From the NCBI GenBank assembly GCA_949358305.1, contig OX442314.1, forward strand, positions 27,652,001-27,716,000: a DNA stretch of 64,000 nt, read 5' to 3'. This DNA is from Strigamia acuminata (lineage: Eukaryota). The notes beneath the pieces were generated by a model. It had not been told where the DNA came from, searched no databases, and saw nothing but the letters and a program-made list of their open reading frames with translations. Shown piece after piece: positions 35,701 to 52,315 of the stretch. How positions within the stretch are numbered: position 1 is the stretch's first letter; the number at the start of each line of letters is the position of its first letter. Both the position numbers and the translations under genes were made by a program.

Positions 35701-38700
35701 AATATTATTTGGGTAATATTGTGTCTTGTTTTATATTTTGTTAATGTATGTTTTATTTCAATTTACATTGAAATAAAACATATAGGCTTGTTGAATATGT
35801 TTAAAAGACAATTTGGAAATATGGTGCGCACTCAAATAGGGATATTTGAGGTCACCACAGTACATAAATCTTTAGCTGTGGGCAGGGTTCTTTGATTAAC
35901 TTTTCTAGTGCAGTTTTTACCGCTCTTTCGTTTGGTGTTTAGTTTTTCACAATTCGAGCTTTTGTTCTGGATATATTTGCATTTTTTATCAATTTTTGTC
36001 CGAATTCACCAAGTTTAATCAAGGATATATCCTTGGTTTGATTGCACTAGTCAATCCTGAATTTTGTGATATTTTTTGAATCTCTTCAATGGTACTTTTG
36101 TAGATTTCTTCAGATGTACTAGTACGAGATTTTGCTTGATTTTGCTTGATTTTGCTTGATTTTGCTACTTCTTTTGAGATTTTGCTAAAGTAAAGTCGTA
36201 TGGTATCAAAAAAGTGTTAAAGGTACGGTACCAGTCCCACAAATTGCAGTATTTTTTGAAAAGTACTGTGTACTTGTACAGGTACCGGTACTGCTGAAGA
36301 AATCCACAAAAGTACCTACCACAAAATCTAAAATTCAAGCTGACTAGTGCCATCAAACTTGGAAAATTCGGACAAAAATTGATGAAAAATGCAAATATCT
36401 CGAGAACAAAAGCTCGGATTGTGAAAAACTAAACACCAAACGAAAGAGCGGAAAAAACTGCACTAGAAACGTTAATTAAACAATACTGTCCACAGCTAAT
36501 GATTAATGTATATTTAATTTTGTGTGTACACACTTTTTTGAGTCACCCTTCATAACCCTCCTAGTATTGTCGAGCCGGTTTTATGTGGGCCACCCGGTAT
36601 AACTCCGTAAACATTGTATGTATAAATTAAAATTTCAAGCTAGTGCTCAAATTTTTATTTGGCTTTATCTTTCAAACCTACACTGCAAAAAGTTTGGATT
36701 TCCAAAAAAAATCATTGGATAAATTTTAGTTTGGAAATAAAATGGATAGGAAATGAGAAATATTTTATAGAAAGTGACAACTTACACTTTTAGCTAACTC
36801 CATGGAAAAAATATCCATTCTGGGTGTTTGATAGCGCCATACATTCTCAATTGATGGTTTTTTGCCTCTGATTGTCGCATTCATTAAATCAATGAAGTGA
36901 ATTTTGCATTCAGGAATTCCTGTAGTTTTGGCATATTTCTTCCTGTAGTGCGTCATTATGAGACCGTCCATACATGCAATAACATTGGGCAAATATATTG
37001 TGTCATTTTCTTGAATAATTACCACATGTCTTGTTGGTTCACTGAGATAAAATGAGATTCTTTCTTTGCTCACATAAACTGCTAATATTGCAGAAGTAAA
37101 TATCAGTATTAAATTCAATGTTGATTGCAGCAGAAGTCTCTTTGGTGGTTGCTGTATCGCATCCTGTATCACACCTTGTAAAACATCCTTTTTCTCAATG
37201 GCTAACTTTTGCAAATACTTAGTGATTTTCTTTTTTACGCTAACTTTCAGTTGAACAGGTCTGATGTATTTAGACAAAATGAGCAGAAAGATTTGTGCAA
37301 TTTCAATTAAAGACAGAAAAGATAATCCCAAGGAGAATCCCAAATTGCCCCCAAAATCGATCAACAAGTTTGGAATAGAGTAAATGTAGGTTTCTGTCAT
37401 TCGGACAAATAATTCTTCCAAAACTTTAAGATTTAAACTTATTAGATCTTTGCCACTTTGTTCATCTTCAAAATCTAATAAAAAACATTGATAATTTTGA
37501 TAATTACGCATGATAATAACAGAGATTCTAGTTTTACTTGTATCAGAATGGATTATAAAGAGATAAACACTCCGTTGACAAGGTATCAAGCAACCACATT
37601 CTAATGATGACCGGGTAGTGGTTTCATGATAAAATGCATTCTCATATATGTCAGCCACAATTGATTTATTTGGCTCTAAACTGCAATCTTTCACATTTGT
37701 ATTAGACATGTAAGAAAATCTAAGCCAAAAATAAAAACCTATGAGTATATCAATATTTAGAAGCTGTAAGCTATTCCGACCTGCATCGCTGAAGATTTTT
37801 TTTTGAAACACAGTCTTGGTAACATTGGGTTTCTTTTTTCTTATCTGATTCGCAGAAGGGATATCTTGAAGGTAAAAATTGATACTACCAAAAAGTATAA
37901 TAGCAGCATTACCATTTTATACGATAATTAATAATAAGCTAAACTAATAATGACTAGAAAGAGATGAGTAATGAAATGGGTACAACGTTTGTTGTACGCG
38001 AAAATGGCCGGAAAGTTGTTTCCCACCAAAAACTCACTCACATGGCTGACTCCGGAAACGGAAACGTTCACGGTGGTGCTCGATTGCGGCGGCGAGTGAG
38101 AGCACTGCTGTTTAGCAGAGATCACTGAATAACAGTGGAAATCCATGTATCAACTGTGGCTGATATACACTAAAGTGCTGGCTTTGCAAACTTAGCAGAA
38201 AAATAGCAGGAAATATCCCAAATCACCTAAACCGAAACACGGTCAATACTTGCAGTGGCAGAGCAGTGGCAAAGTGTGTTATTTGGTTGTAGGTGAATTC
38301 AAGAGTGTGCCAATAAATTATAGCCCAGCACACTTCGGATCTGCTCAGCAGATATGCGCAGTGAGCGCATTTTGGTGCATCAAAAGAATAATTGCACCAA
38401 AACGGTTAATTTGCAACCCACCCCAGCCAAATTTGGATGAAGTGTGCCTTGGGAGTTTTCACCCCCAAGACACAGCAGGCTGGTTTGGCGTGTGCCAAAC
38501 CAGAGTAATTAAAAATAATAAATTTTTTTAAGTGGTGACAACAAATATATAAAAATACACCTGAGATCACAACAACTTATACACTTTTGTAATTCACTAT
38601 TAATTCCACAATATCTACAATGGGTTAATTAAGCTTACATTTCGAATAAAAAATTGAACATTAGATTCAATTCCTAACTGCCCTGTAAAAGTATGTTGGT

Positions 38701-39739
38701 AAGGATTGACGCCATTCATCACAGACATCTAATATTCAATTATTTAAAAAAAAAAGTCGAAGTTACAAATTGTAATAAAATAGTAAAAGTTGAGATTTTT
38801 ACCAAAATTTGTGGATTTTCACAGTTTCCATTCCTTTTAAAGAGCATATGTAGTTTCATACATTGTGCTAATTTTCGATCTAAAATTGCCAAAAATATTA
38901 GACCTTAAAAATTATTTTTTGTTTTTGTTTTTATTTCTAACCAGAATTAAGAACCAATGATCTTCCAGTTATGTGGTTCCTATAGCTTACTGAAATTTCC
39001 GTGCTATCTTTTTTAGAAATTCCTTCTTTAAATGTCGTTTCGTGCAATACAATTTTGTCCTAAAAATATTATATTTATTTGTTCATGAATATTTTTTTTT
39101 TATTAAATTTTAATTTTTTTAAAATTCATATTTTAACCCATAATACTGTTATGATGCTGGTCTCGGGCATCACAACATGACATGATCCCCTGGTGAACAT
39201 ACGATGTCCCTTCCAACATTAAGAAACTAATAGGAATTAAATACCTGTCTTATCTTTATGTGCTGTAAATTGCTTGAAATGTTGGTATTGAGCCATAACT
39301 CCGTATAATTTTCAACTTTGACTTTTTCCAGAATGATTTCTTTCAGTGGGAAATAACAAGCAATTAATTTTTTCCTGTTGTCCTGCATTGAAGAACCTTT
39401 TCCCATTTCATTCCAGTACTTGGACAAAGATCTGGTATCAAGACCGAAATACATCACTTCTGGGAACGTCATTTCACCTATTGGAACAAATTCGATTTCA
39501 ACTTTGAAATCTGCTTTAAAGTAGTATTGTATTCTTTCCATTGTTTGGTAACAGCAAATGGTGCCACAAACGATCAAACCTACTAACCAAACCGCACGGA
39601 CTAAACCACTCTTTTTTTTGTTGAAAACATTGTCAATAAATTTCAAACTATCACAGCCTGACACTGAAGGTTGAATTTCTTGCTGCACGAAACGACGAAT
39701 AAGACTACGACGAAAACGCAAACCTTCTAATTCTTTCAT
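32756..39739 (-). CDS. DEG/ENaC (pickpocket/ASIC-like) channel, paralog 2, ~839 aa with two tandem channel domains
   Basis: 12 GT-AG exons (39739-39245, 39059-38942, 38879-38803, 38728-38639, 37884-37781, 37719-37538, 37474-36786, 34432-34351, 34281-34193, 33583-33482, 33428-33322, 33140-32756) sum to 2520 nt in frame. Two sets of TM1, Cys-rich thumb and TM2 (GLS). Confidence 0.88.
34813..35859 (-). mobile_element. Solo LTR (~1047 bp)
   Basis: TGCGGCGATC...GGTCACCACA termini (TG...CA, imperfect inverted ends) with a 4-bp TSD GTAC at 34809 and 35860. Orientation is inferred from the hairpin G-U pairs. Confidence 0.75.
35071..35281 (-). promoter_or_regulatory. Array of five bulged RNA hairpins (TAR-like) in the solo LTR
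   Basis: Five copies of GAGY(T)AARCTCRA, each enclosed by a different complementary stem of 8-11 bp. Confidence 0.7.
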
Positions 39740-40952
39740 TTTGTTGTGACTATTAACTAAACGTGTGCTCTTGTTCAGTAGTTTTCTGACTAAAAGTGTA
39801 AAGAGTAGCAAGAGAGGAAAAAAAACTTCAAAATGGAAAATGTAAACAAAAATGTCAGTTTGCTTTTAAAAAAAACTGCTAAATTGTTTGAGAAAACGTC
39901 AAAGCTTGTTTCAAAATTGAAAATATAGGAAGAACTGGTAAAACTAAAAAAATATTGTATTTACCGTTTTCAGTGTTTGACAATAGTTTGACGCGAGAAG
40001 TCTAATCGTACAGACAGCTGCTGACAAAACTTTAGCTGCAAAGTATGGATTAACTGTCTGTAATTTTCTTGTCAACATAAACACAGATATAGATTATTTA
40101 CACTGCATGTATGAAGTGACCCGGTTTGTCAACCATGAAGGAACTATAACATAAATTAAATTACTACTAGGTAGAATTCATCATACACAATCATAAACCT
40201 TTTTACAATAACAAACTCCTTGGTGGATACATTATCTCAATGTAAAATGATAAGCAGTCATAGAACAGGAGCATAGAACAGGCTGTCCGGATGGGATAGG
40301 GAATTTAACATTGCTGGATATAGGTTGGGTCGAGCAAACTTGTCCAGACCACACTGCTGTACAAAGGAGCACCAGGGCTGTCTTAACACTTTTCAGCGCC
40401 CCGGGCTGAAAAAAAAATCAGGCGCCCCTTGCCCCTTGTCATAATTAAAAAAAAATTTACATTTACAATTTCACAGGCCCGTTCCTAGGGTACAATTGTA
40501 GTGCACTCGTGTTTTTTGGGCATGCTGGCGCCCCACTCCAACCCCCCTTCAAAAGATGCACCAGTAAGCATTTTTGTGAAAAATAAATTCGAACCAAAAA
40601 ATGCATTTTCGGACCTAAAAATGTATTTTCAGACCTAAAAATGCGTCTTTAGAGAAAAAATGCCACCCGGGGCGGCGACCACTGACCTGTGGCGTGGCGT
40701 CCACGTGTTTTACACAATATCAACAATGTGAAGGAACTGGTCTAGAAGTTCAGCTTTTATTTGAACACTCACGAAGACTTTGTAGGAGGCACCTGGCGTT
40801 CCTCTCACCTGACGTTCCTCTGCCCATAACCCCTCTCTGCACCCCTGAGCTGCAGCCCAGTTAGCCGAATAGTAAAGGTGGGCCTGACTCTCCAGTCCAG
40901 TCTGTAATACAGAGTAAACTGCATTTGCTTGTCTGGTGATTTAAATATATTA

Positions 40953-41106
40953 CAGTGTACTCTGTGTAGCCCGGACATAACGCCATACAGACAGCTGTGA
41001 GGTCCAGACAGATTTAAAAGTCTCGACTTATATGAATCCGGACAGCTTGTTAATCCAGTCAACTTTCTAGTACCGGTCCTATGTCCGGGCTACACAAAGT
41101 ACACTG
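40953..41106. mobile_element. Small MITE
   Basis: CAGTGTACTCTGTGTAGCCCGGACATA...TATGTCCGGGCTACACAAAGTACACTG with TA flanks. Confidence 0.75.
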
Positions 41107-41229
41107 TATGTAAATTTAAATATATAAATATAATTTTAGTTTTTGGGTGTTGTAAAGGAAGGCTCAAGTAACTTCTATTTCTGTTTTCAAATCCAATCTG
41201 TTGCATAGTTGTAGATTTATAGATTTATA

Positions 41230-41621
41230 CAGAGTGGGCCAAAAGTCACAAACTGATCTTAAGTCTTACTAACTTTTTTTTAAAATAGTTTTTTTTTAAT
41301 TTTTCTTTACCTTTTTTCTAAGCAGACGAAGGAGATTAATCATAGTAAAATTCACGACCAAACAGCGCGCACAAATTGGACATTTTACTATCAAAAGCGA
41401 GTGTCAATTCTGACCCAACGAGCACATCAATGATTAGATGTTTGTTTGTTGAGTGTTGGGTCAAAATTGGGTCAAAATTATTGATCCTCGGGTTTGTTAG
41501 AAAATTTAACAATTTGTGTTCTCTGTTCTTTATAAAATAAATTTTAAAAAAAATTTAAATAAATTAATTAAAAGAAAGTTATTAAGACTTCAAACCAGTT
41601 CGTGACTTTTGGCCCACCATA
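41230..41621. mobile_element. Degenerate Tc1/mariner-type MITE
   Basis: GTGGGCCAAAAGTCACAAACTG...CAGTTCGTGACTTTTGGCCCAC inverted termini. Confidence 0.65.
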
Positions 41622-42410
41622 TGATAGGAGCTGGAAAAAAATATTAAATCATTAAATTATCACAGATAACCACGATTGACCCTTTCCACACAAACAATCA
41701 AACCAAACATCCAACAGTCCACCACCATCACCGGCCAAAACACAGTCTATACAACTCCTACACATCCACAACAACAAACAAACTGGACCACAACTACCCA
41801 TGGAAAGAAAGGTCCAAAAATGTGTCTGTTTGCTGATCCCCTGGTTTGATTTGTAATCTTTTCTGAGCACGTCTTACTCCACGTGTGTTGACAGCTGTGC
41901 CGTTTCTGGCATAATACAAATTACAGTAAGTGCCCAATTACATTTTTAACACCAATTAATACCAAAAGATATGCATTTAAACGTGTGGTGGCTGGTGGAA
42001 GTAGCTATTAAATAAAATTGCTATCTGAAAACGATTAGAAACATAAAATATTTTATCTTCGTGTTACATCGTCCGTTGCTTTGTGCACAATCAATTCTAG
42101 GCCCTTTCGATAAAGGCACTCACCACTGTGAAGCGTCTCTCCGAGAGACCGAGCGTGACACCCAATTTAGATTTTGGTTTTAACAATTTGAATGAAAGGA
42201 ATTACAATCACTGAGCACAACAAATAATCTTCATTAATAACTTGATGGTTAAATCAAACCGAAAAATCCCTATCGCACCCACACAAACACAACAAATACA
42301 TGATTTATAGAATATAATAACAGGTTAGTGGCACTGCTCGTCTTTTCGTGCACAAAAATAAAATTTAGTGTTTGAATTTGGCAATAAACCGTAAGAATGA
42401 AATAATATCT

Positions 42411-43678
42411 TCATGTGTACAGCAAAGGCACAACGTTTTCGTACTCCAAACTGTAATTGCAAACTGGACAAACACTTTTCAAGTCATCAGCAACAGAGGT
42501 CTGAAAAAGTACAAATTAAAGATTAATATTTCTTGCGCTTTAGTTGTGATTTATCTGCATACTTTTATACAGAAATAACAAAATACATGTTTACATCCAA
42601 CCACATGAGGCAAACACGGGGTGTCGCCACAAATACCACAAGTTTGTGCGTCGATTGAAATAGAACTTTTTGACTTTGGTATAAATTTGTTTATGTACAT
42701 TTGAATTCTCCTCGTGTTCAACAGTGGGATGATAACGGTTAAAAACTCAGCGAATCCATGCCACAGAATTTCTCTCATCATGTACTGATACGTCAACTGA
42801 AATGACACAAATTAATTATCAATAATTAATCGTAAAATAGATCGTCATTGCGTATTAACTTGTCTCAAGTTATGCGGAGCTGCGGGCACACTGCGAATGC
42901 ATAGAAATCTTTCCAAAATCGATAAATATCTTCCATTTTGAAGAAATATTAGAAAATTTACAATCGACGATGTTTTTATGAAGATCTCGCTCCAATCTAA
43001 CACCTACGAAGAAAATAAGAACATTAATATTCATCGAAAACCAAATTACGTATTGTTTACTTTATGCAGCCATGATAAACGAGGTCGTCTGCTAATGTGT
43101 AGACCTAAATATGGCCGCCTCTCTTTCAACCAATGAGATGCCACGACACAAAATGTGTAGGCAGTCATTTGAAAAGAAGACGGGTTGTGATTGGTCCATG
43201 CGTCGACATATTTAATCAGCAACAGCTGTTGACCTTTTGAAGAAAAAATTGTTGTTATGACGTATGAAAATGTCTGATAAACTGTTACGAACCTACAGAT
43301 GCGTGAACGGCTTGAAGACTGAACTGGAATTACAAGATTTCAATAGCTTTGTTTAAATAAAATGTAATTGTTATCTTACTTTGCAAATTACAAACCGGAG
43401 AATGGCATTTAATTCCGGTTCCAAGATAGTAATTATTTCTGGCTGAAAATAAAATATATTTTTCAAATTTAATTCGACAAAATGATAATTTCCGCTTTAC
43501 TTTTAGATATTTAAAGATCAATAAAATTTGTGATTTGTAAATGGAGTATAGTTCTGTGTTGAGCTCATTCGCGTCAACCTGAAAACCGTAAAAATAAAAT
43601 TAATACACGTTCGTATATACATTTTCTAAATAGATTTGCCTGGTCAACTCGGGAAACAAAATCACCGTCTTCCGCCAT
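42411..43678 (-). CDS. PEX2: Peroxisome biogenesis factor 2 (RING peroxin)
   Basis: Exons 43678-43640, 43578-43501, 43442-43380, 43323-43293, 43233-43061, 43003-42860, 42796-42563 and 42500-42411. Motifs SRVDQVDANELN, NFLIFLQNGRY, MMREILWHGFAEFL and RING CGIC...PHVVGCKHVFCYFC...CPVC. Confidence 0.95.
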
Positions 43679-45643
43679 GTTGTTATTAAATCCCAGAACT
43701 AGCTCTCACACTGCGACGTCATTTTTTCTCAAAACCGCCACCGCTCTGGCATAAAAGTCCGGAGAAACAGAAATTCGATAACACAAATAAAGATTTCCAG
43801 AATCCCAATCATGTGAAAAAATCAATTGTGGTACTTCCCCCTTAAAAACCGCGATGTAAATATATTTATCAATTAATGCATTTACTTTTCCATTAAATTT
43901 TTGGCGAAAAGCAATTCCCACATTCTGTTTCATTTTTAATGATGTTTTTCTAACTTATCAATGTAAAACTTTATGGTTTTACATAACCAACCAGGGATTT
44001 TAACCCAAAATTTAAAATAAATTATGCGTACACTTAAAATTTGTTTTCGAAATTTATTTCCTAAAATAAAATAATTCAGGAAAAAAAAAAATTTTAAACT
44101 TTAACAGTCAGTTGACTATGATGTGATCAAGTCTACTTTGATAGAAATTTTTTCCTTCCTATTTTCAACAGAATAAAAAACATTTTTAAAACTGGTTGCA
44201 GCTTGAAAGTGTAAAAATGACTATACAGAACCCTTTTTCATAGAAGTAGGACAGCGCAGCCGCCCCACCAAAATGGGGGTTGCCAAAACGAGTGTTTGCA
44301 GACGTCAATCCGCTGTCGAGCCAAACTAAAACTAAACACTCGACATGACTGGCAATTGCTTTAAATAGTACTTTATTTTCAAATCCATTTTCCAATACTT
44401 TTACCCCTAAATCCGCCAAACAACATATATAAATGTAGAAAGATTTCAGTAGAATTTCAAAAAATCAAAAAAATCAAAAATTCGAGTAATTTATTATAAC
44501 TACAGAGCGCGCTTTGCATGCAAACTTACTTTATTGACATAGTTTAAGCCTATTTGTCAAACTCAAACCTAAATAGAGATGCGCGGAGGAGTTTCGGCTT
44601 TAAAATTGCTCGTATATTCAGATGGACGCTGCGGTAATATTATAATTGTGGTTAAAAGAATTAATGCAGCTAAATGTGTGTACACAATTAATGTGATACT
44701 GCATAAATCGTGCACGTAGATTTGATTTGTATTAATTTTATTTAATTTTACGATTTTATAATTGCTGGGCATTTAAATTTTGAACGTGGAAACTTTATGA
44801 TACGCACTACTATTATAAACATTTTAAATAAAATTTAGATATTTTTCTAGAGATTCTTTTTCCTCCTGAATATTTGCGTTTGTATTTTTTCCCTTAAATC
44901 CATAAAAAACAATGAAATAAATATAAATATTGAAAATTTTTATTTGAATTATACTAATATTTACCCTTGATTTTCAAATTCAACGCTAGAAATGACAAAT
45001 TGCAATAAATAACCAAATTCGTACTATTAAATGGAAGAAACCAAAACAAAACAAAAATCATTTCCCTATAGAATCTGCAGTGATGGAGCCCATTCAAAAG
45101 GGTCAAAAGACTCAAAACCGGCCCCAACCGGGCACTGGAAGTCAATACTTTGTGTTGTCAATGGCAAAAACAACAACAACAACAATAGCAAACAAATGTT
45201 TTCAAAACTACACATCTAGCAGGCCCAAAAAAAAACGCCAGAGAATCCAACCTAACCCATTGACAAAAATCGCCACCCACACAGCACTACAAAACATTCA
45301 ATCCAAGCCCTAAATACCAAATAAAATACTGCGTCAATCCACGACATCCACTCGTAGCACCTTTCACATTAATGATGAATAGTCTGCGAGCTATTGACGA
45401 CATTTCTGGATCTTCCACGAACTCAAACACGTCCACAAGGCATCCTGCTGTGTGGGCGACGTCTCTTCCCACCCCCATCTCTTAAAAAACAAAAAAAATA
45501 ATAAATAAAGAGAAAGAAAAATTTACAAAATCATTCCATTGCTTATAAAATAGATATAAAAACTTTATTCAATCAAACTAAGAGCGAAATCAGCCAAGTT
45601 TAGTGACTAAAAAAATGAAATCAACCTAGGAAATGAACGTTTA

Positions 45644-49886
<4,243 letters not shown>

Positions 49887-52315
49887 TCATTATTAATTTC
49901 CACCAGACTGGACTCGGACTGCGAGCGAATGTATGGTGCACAGTTGCGGCTGTTTCGTGCATCCCAGGCGCCGAGTGGGAAAGCCCTGCACGTGTTGATG
50001 ACGTAAATACGGGAGAAAAACAAAGTATGGTGAATAGGCGACGCTTTCATCACTTACACGTTGTTCGGTGCATTGTTGGGAGACGATTGGAGGCCGAATT
50101 CGAGCCACATGATGTTTTTGGTCGGCTGTGAGTGAGGATGCTCGTAAAGATGTGGATGCTGCACTGCTTAGATGGGGTAGCTAATGTGGAATGGCGTCCT
50201 TGACATATTGCACACTTATTAAGGGTTGTGTGCGCATTTTGCAAAAAAGGGCAGTCAGTAGGTGGGAGGAAATGCGTTCCATTTGTGACACTGAGTTGCA
50301 CGGCTTCGATATTCGCTTCTTCCATGCACAGAAAAGGAACTGAACGTTGGTGGGCGCATTGAGAATCGATCTGCCATGTTGAGTCTATTTTTAAGCCAAT
50401 CTGCGCATCCTGCCGTTAATTTAATGGCAGATGGCGTCTGATTGCCTCAGACGCAGGGAACGTTCGCAAAATGATGGGAATTGTGCAATATTTAAACTCT
50501 GGATTGAAGGTATCGGGTTTCAAGTCATTTCATTTTTTTTTTTTTTCTGTTTAATTTTTATTTTTTATTTTTTTTTTATTTTAATAAAGGGCGAACGGAT
50601 GTTTTACGACATTTGATTTGTTTGTTTTCTCTGCAGGAAATAGTTGTTTTTATTTTCTTTACTAAGTTGTAGATAAGTGGGATTATAATGCTTTGTTCAG
50701 TTGGTGGTGTTTTTTAATCATTTTTATGCATCATCTCCTTGTCAACACAAGAGTACATCGTTATTCAAATCGAAAATGCTTTCAACACACTTAAATAAAC
50801 CAATTAAGAAAACGTTGAATCTAATAATAACGTTTATATTCATGTGAGCACTGTAGCGTACTCAAACTAAACACGATTAATGTTTTTACTATTTTAGTGC
50901 GGACTAAATAAATATTTGTTTTTCGGAGTAAATTAAATGCTACAAAGTTTAATGCACCAAACATAAAGAATAATTGTGTATGCATAGATGCAAGTGGGAT
51001 TGTAATAATGGATATTTTTTTTTAAAGAAACGTGTGTATTGTTCGTTTCTTGTGAGATAATTTATTAAAATAGTCAATGAACTCATGCTCATTTCCCACT
51101 AGAGTTTTTGTTTAATTTTCTAACGGTGGAAGTTGTTGTTATGTTGCTAAGGAACTGTTTTTGCTGAACAAACGTCGTTTTTCTACACTTGTAACGTTTT
51201 ACGGACGTTACGTGATTGTGCGGAAATGGTTGAATAATTCCGAATAATTCCAACAGAAGCGCTTTAAAAAAAAATGTGATGTCACAACCGAAGACTCGGG
51301 TGCAAACATTTTCATATTTTACTACGTCATGACCATGAGTCATCAAAGGATGGGCTAAACCACAGAAAGTGCATACTCGCTGATGTCATTTTTCAGCTGC
51401 ACTATATCGATCGAGATTTGAATGTGTTCCGGGTTTACTCGCAGATGGAATGCCAATCTCGTTTTAAATCCCGACATAAAATATTCAACGAAAACGCTCG
51501 TGGGTAATTAAAAAAGGAACAAATTGTGTTTATTAAATGAAATAATACGTATTTAAACGCACGAATAATAAAAAATAAGGACGAAAAAGGCGAGAAATGC
51601 CAACTCACTCGCACATTGGAAACCCGGTTCCTCTCGGCTCTTGGTCCGCGTGCGTAGTAATACAAAATTTGTCTCGATGTAGAAAATATCAAAGCATGAA
51701 AGATTGATCTCGGTGCCTTGATAGATCGCAAAAATCAATATTCTACAACTGGCAAAAGAGTGGCAAACGTGGACGCGATTTTTAGTTTGTGTGTTCTTTT
51801 TATAGTCTAGTTTTTAAATCTCTTTCATTTTCACCAAATTCTGCGAACACAATTACCAAAGATGGTTTTCGCGAGCATTTTATTTGGCAAAATGGCGAAC
51901 GGGAAAATTGAATTTCGCGCCGTGCGGTGGTAAGAAATAAGAATAGACGGAGCGGCAGGATTGGCTGAATAGAAGAAGAGCGGTGATTAGTGTAAAACTA
52001 CGAACTTAGGTGGCAGCCATTTTAAACTTAGTTGCATGAACCAAAACAAGATTGCATAAACCAAAACTAGGTTGCGTAATCCACGTCCGAAACCTTCTAG
52101 CTGATTGGTTCGTACCTTCACAGCATCGTACGGTACAGTAACGTTTTATCACATTGGGGATTTGGGGTATAGTTTTACACGTTAACTCGACGTTCGTTTT
52201 CATTTTGATTCCAATACGTACTCCTACATAAACAACATCTTCTAGGGTAGTTGATCATTATTAACTTGGATCATCCCCTGATCGCATCTCGTTAAACAAA
52301 CTGACAAATTCATCA

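Larger units (their letters stand above)
34716..36597. mobile_element. Tc1/mariner-type MITE with long TIRs in a DEG/ENaC intron, interrupted by a solo LTR
   Basis: CTGGGTGGCCCACAGAAAACCGG...CCGGTTTTATGTGGGCCACCCGG with TA flanks. The TIR resumes after 35863. Confidence 0.85.

Noticed and set aside
35398..35895. 165-aa ORF in the solo LTR as a candidate Tat-like partner of the hairpins
   Set aside because: It has a TTG start, crosses the LTR boundary and lies on the strand opposite the inferred RNA, so there is no support for coding.
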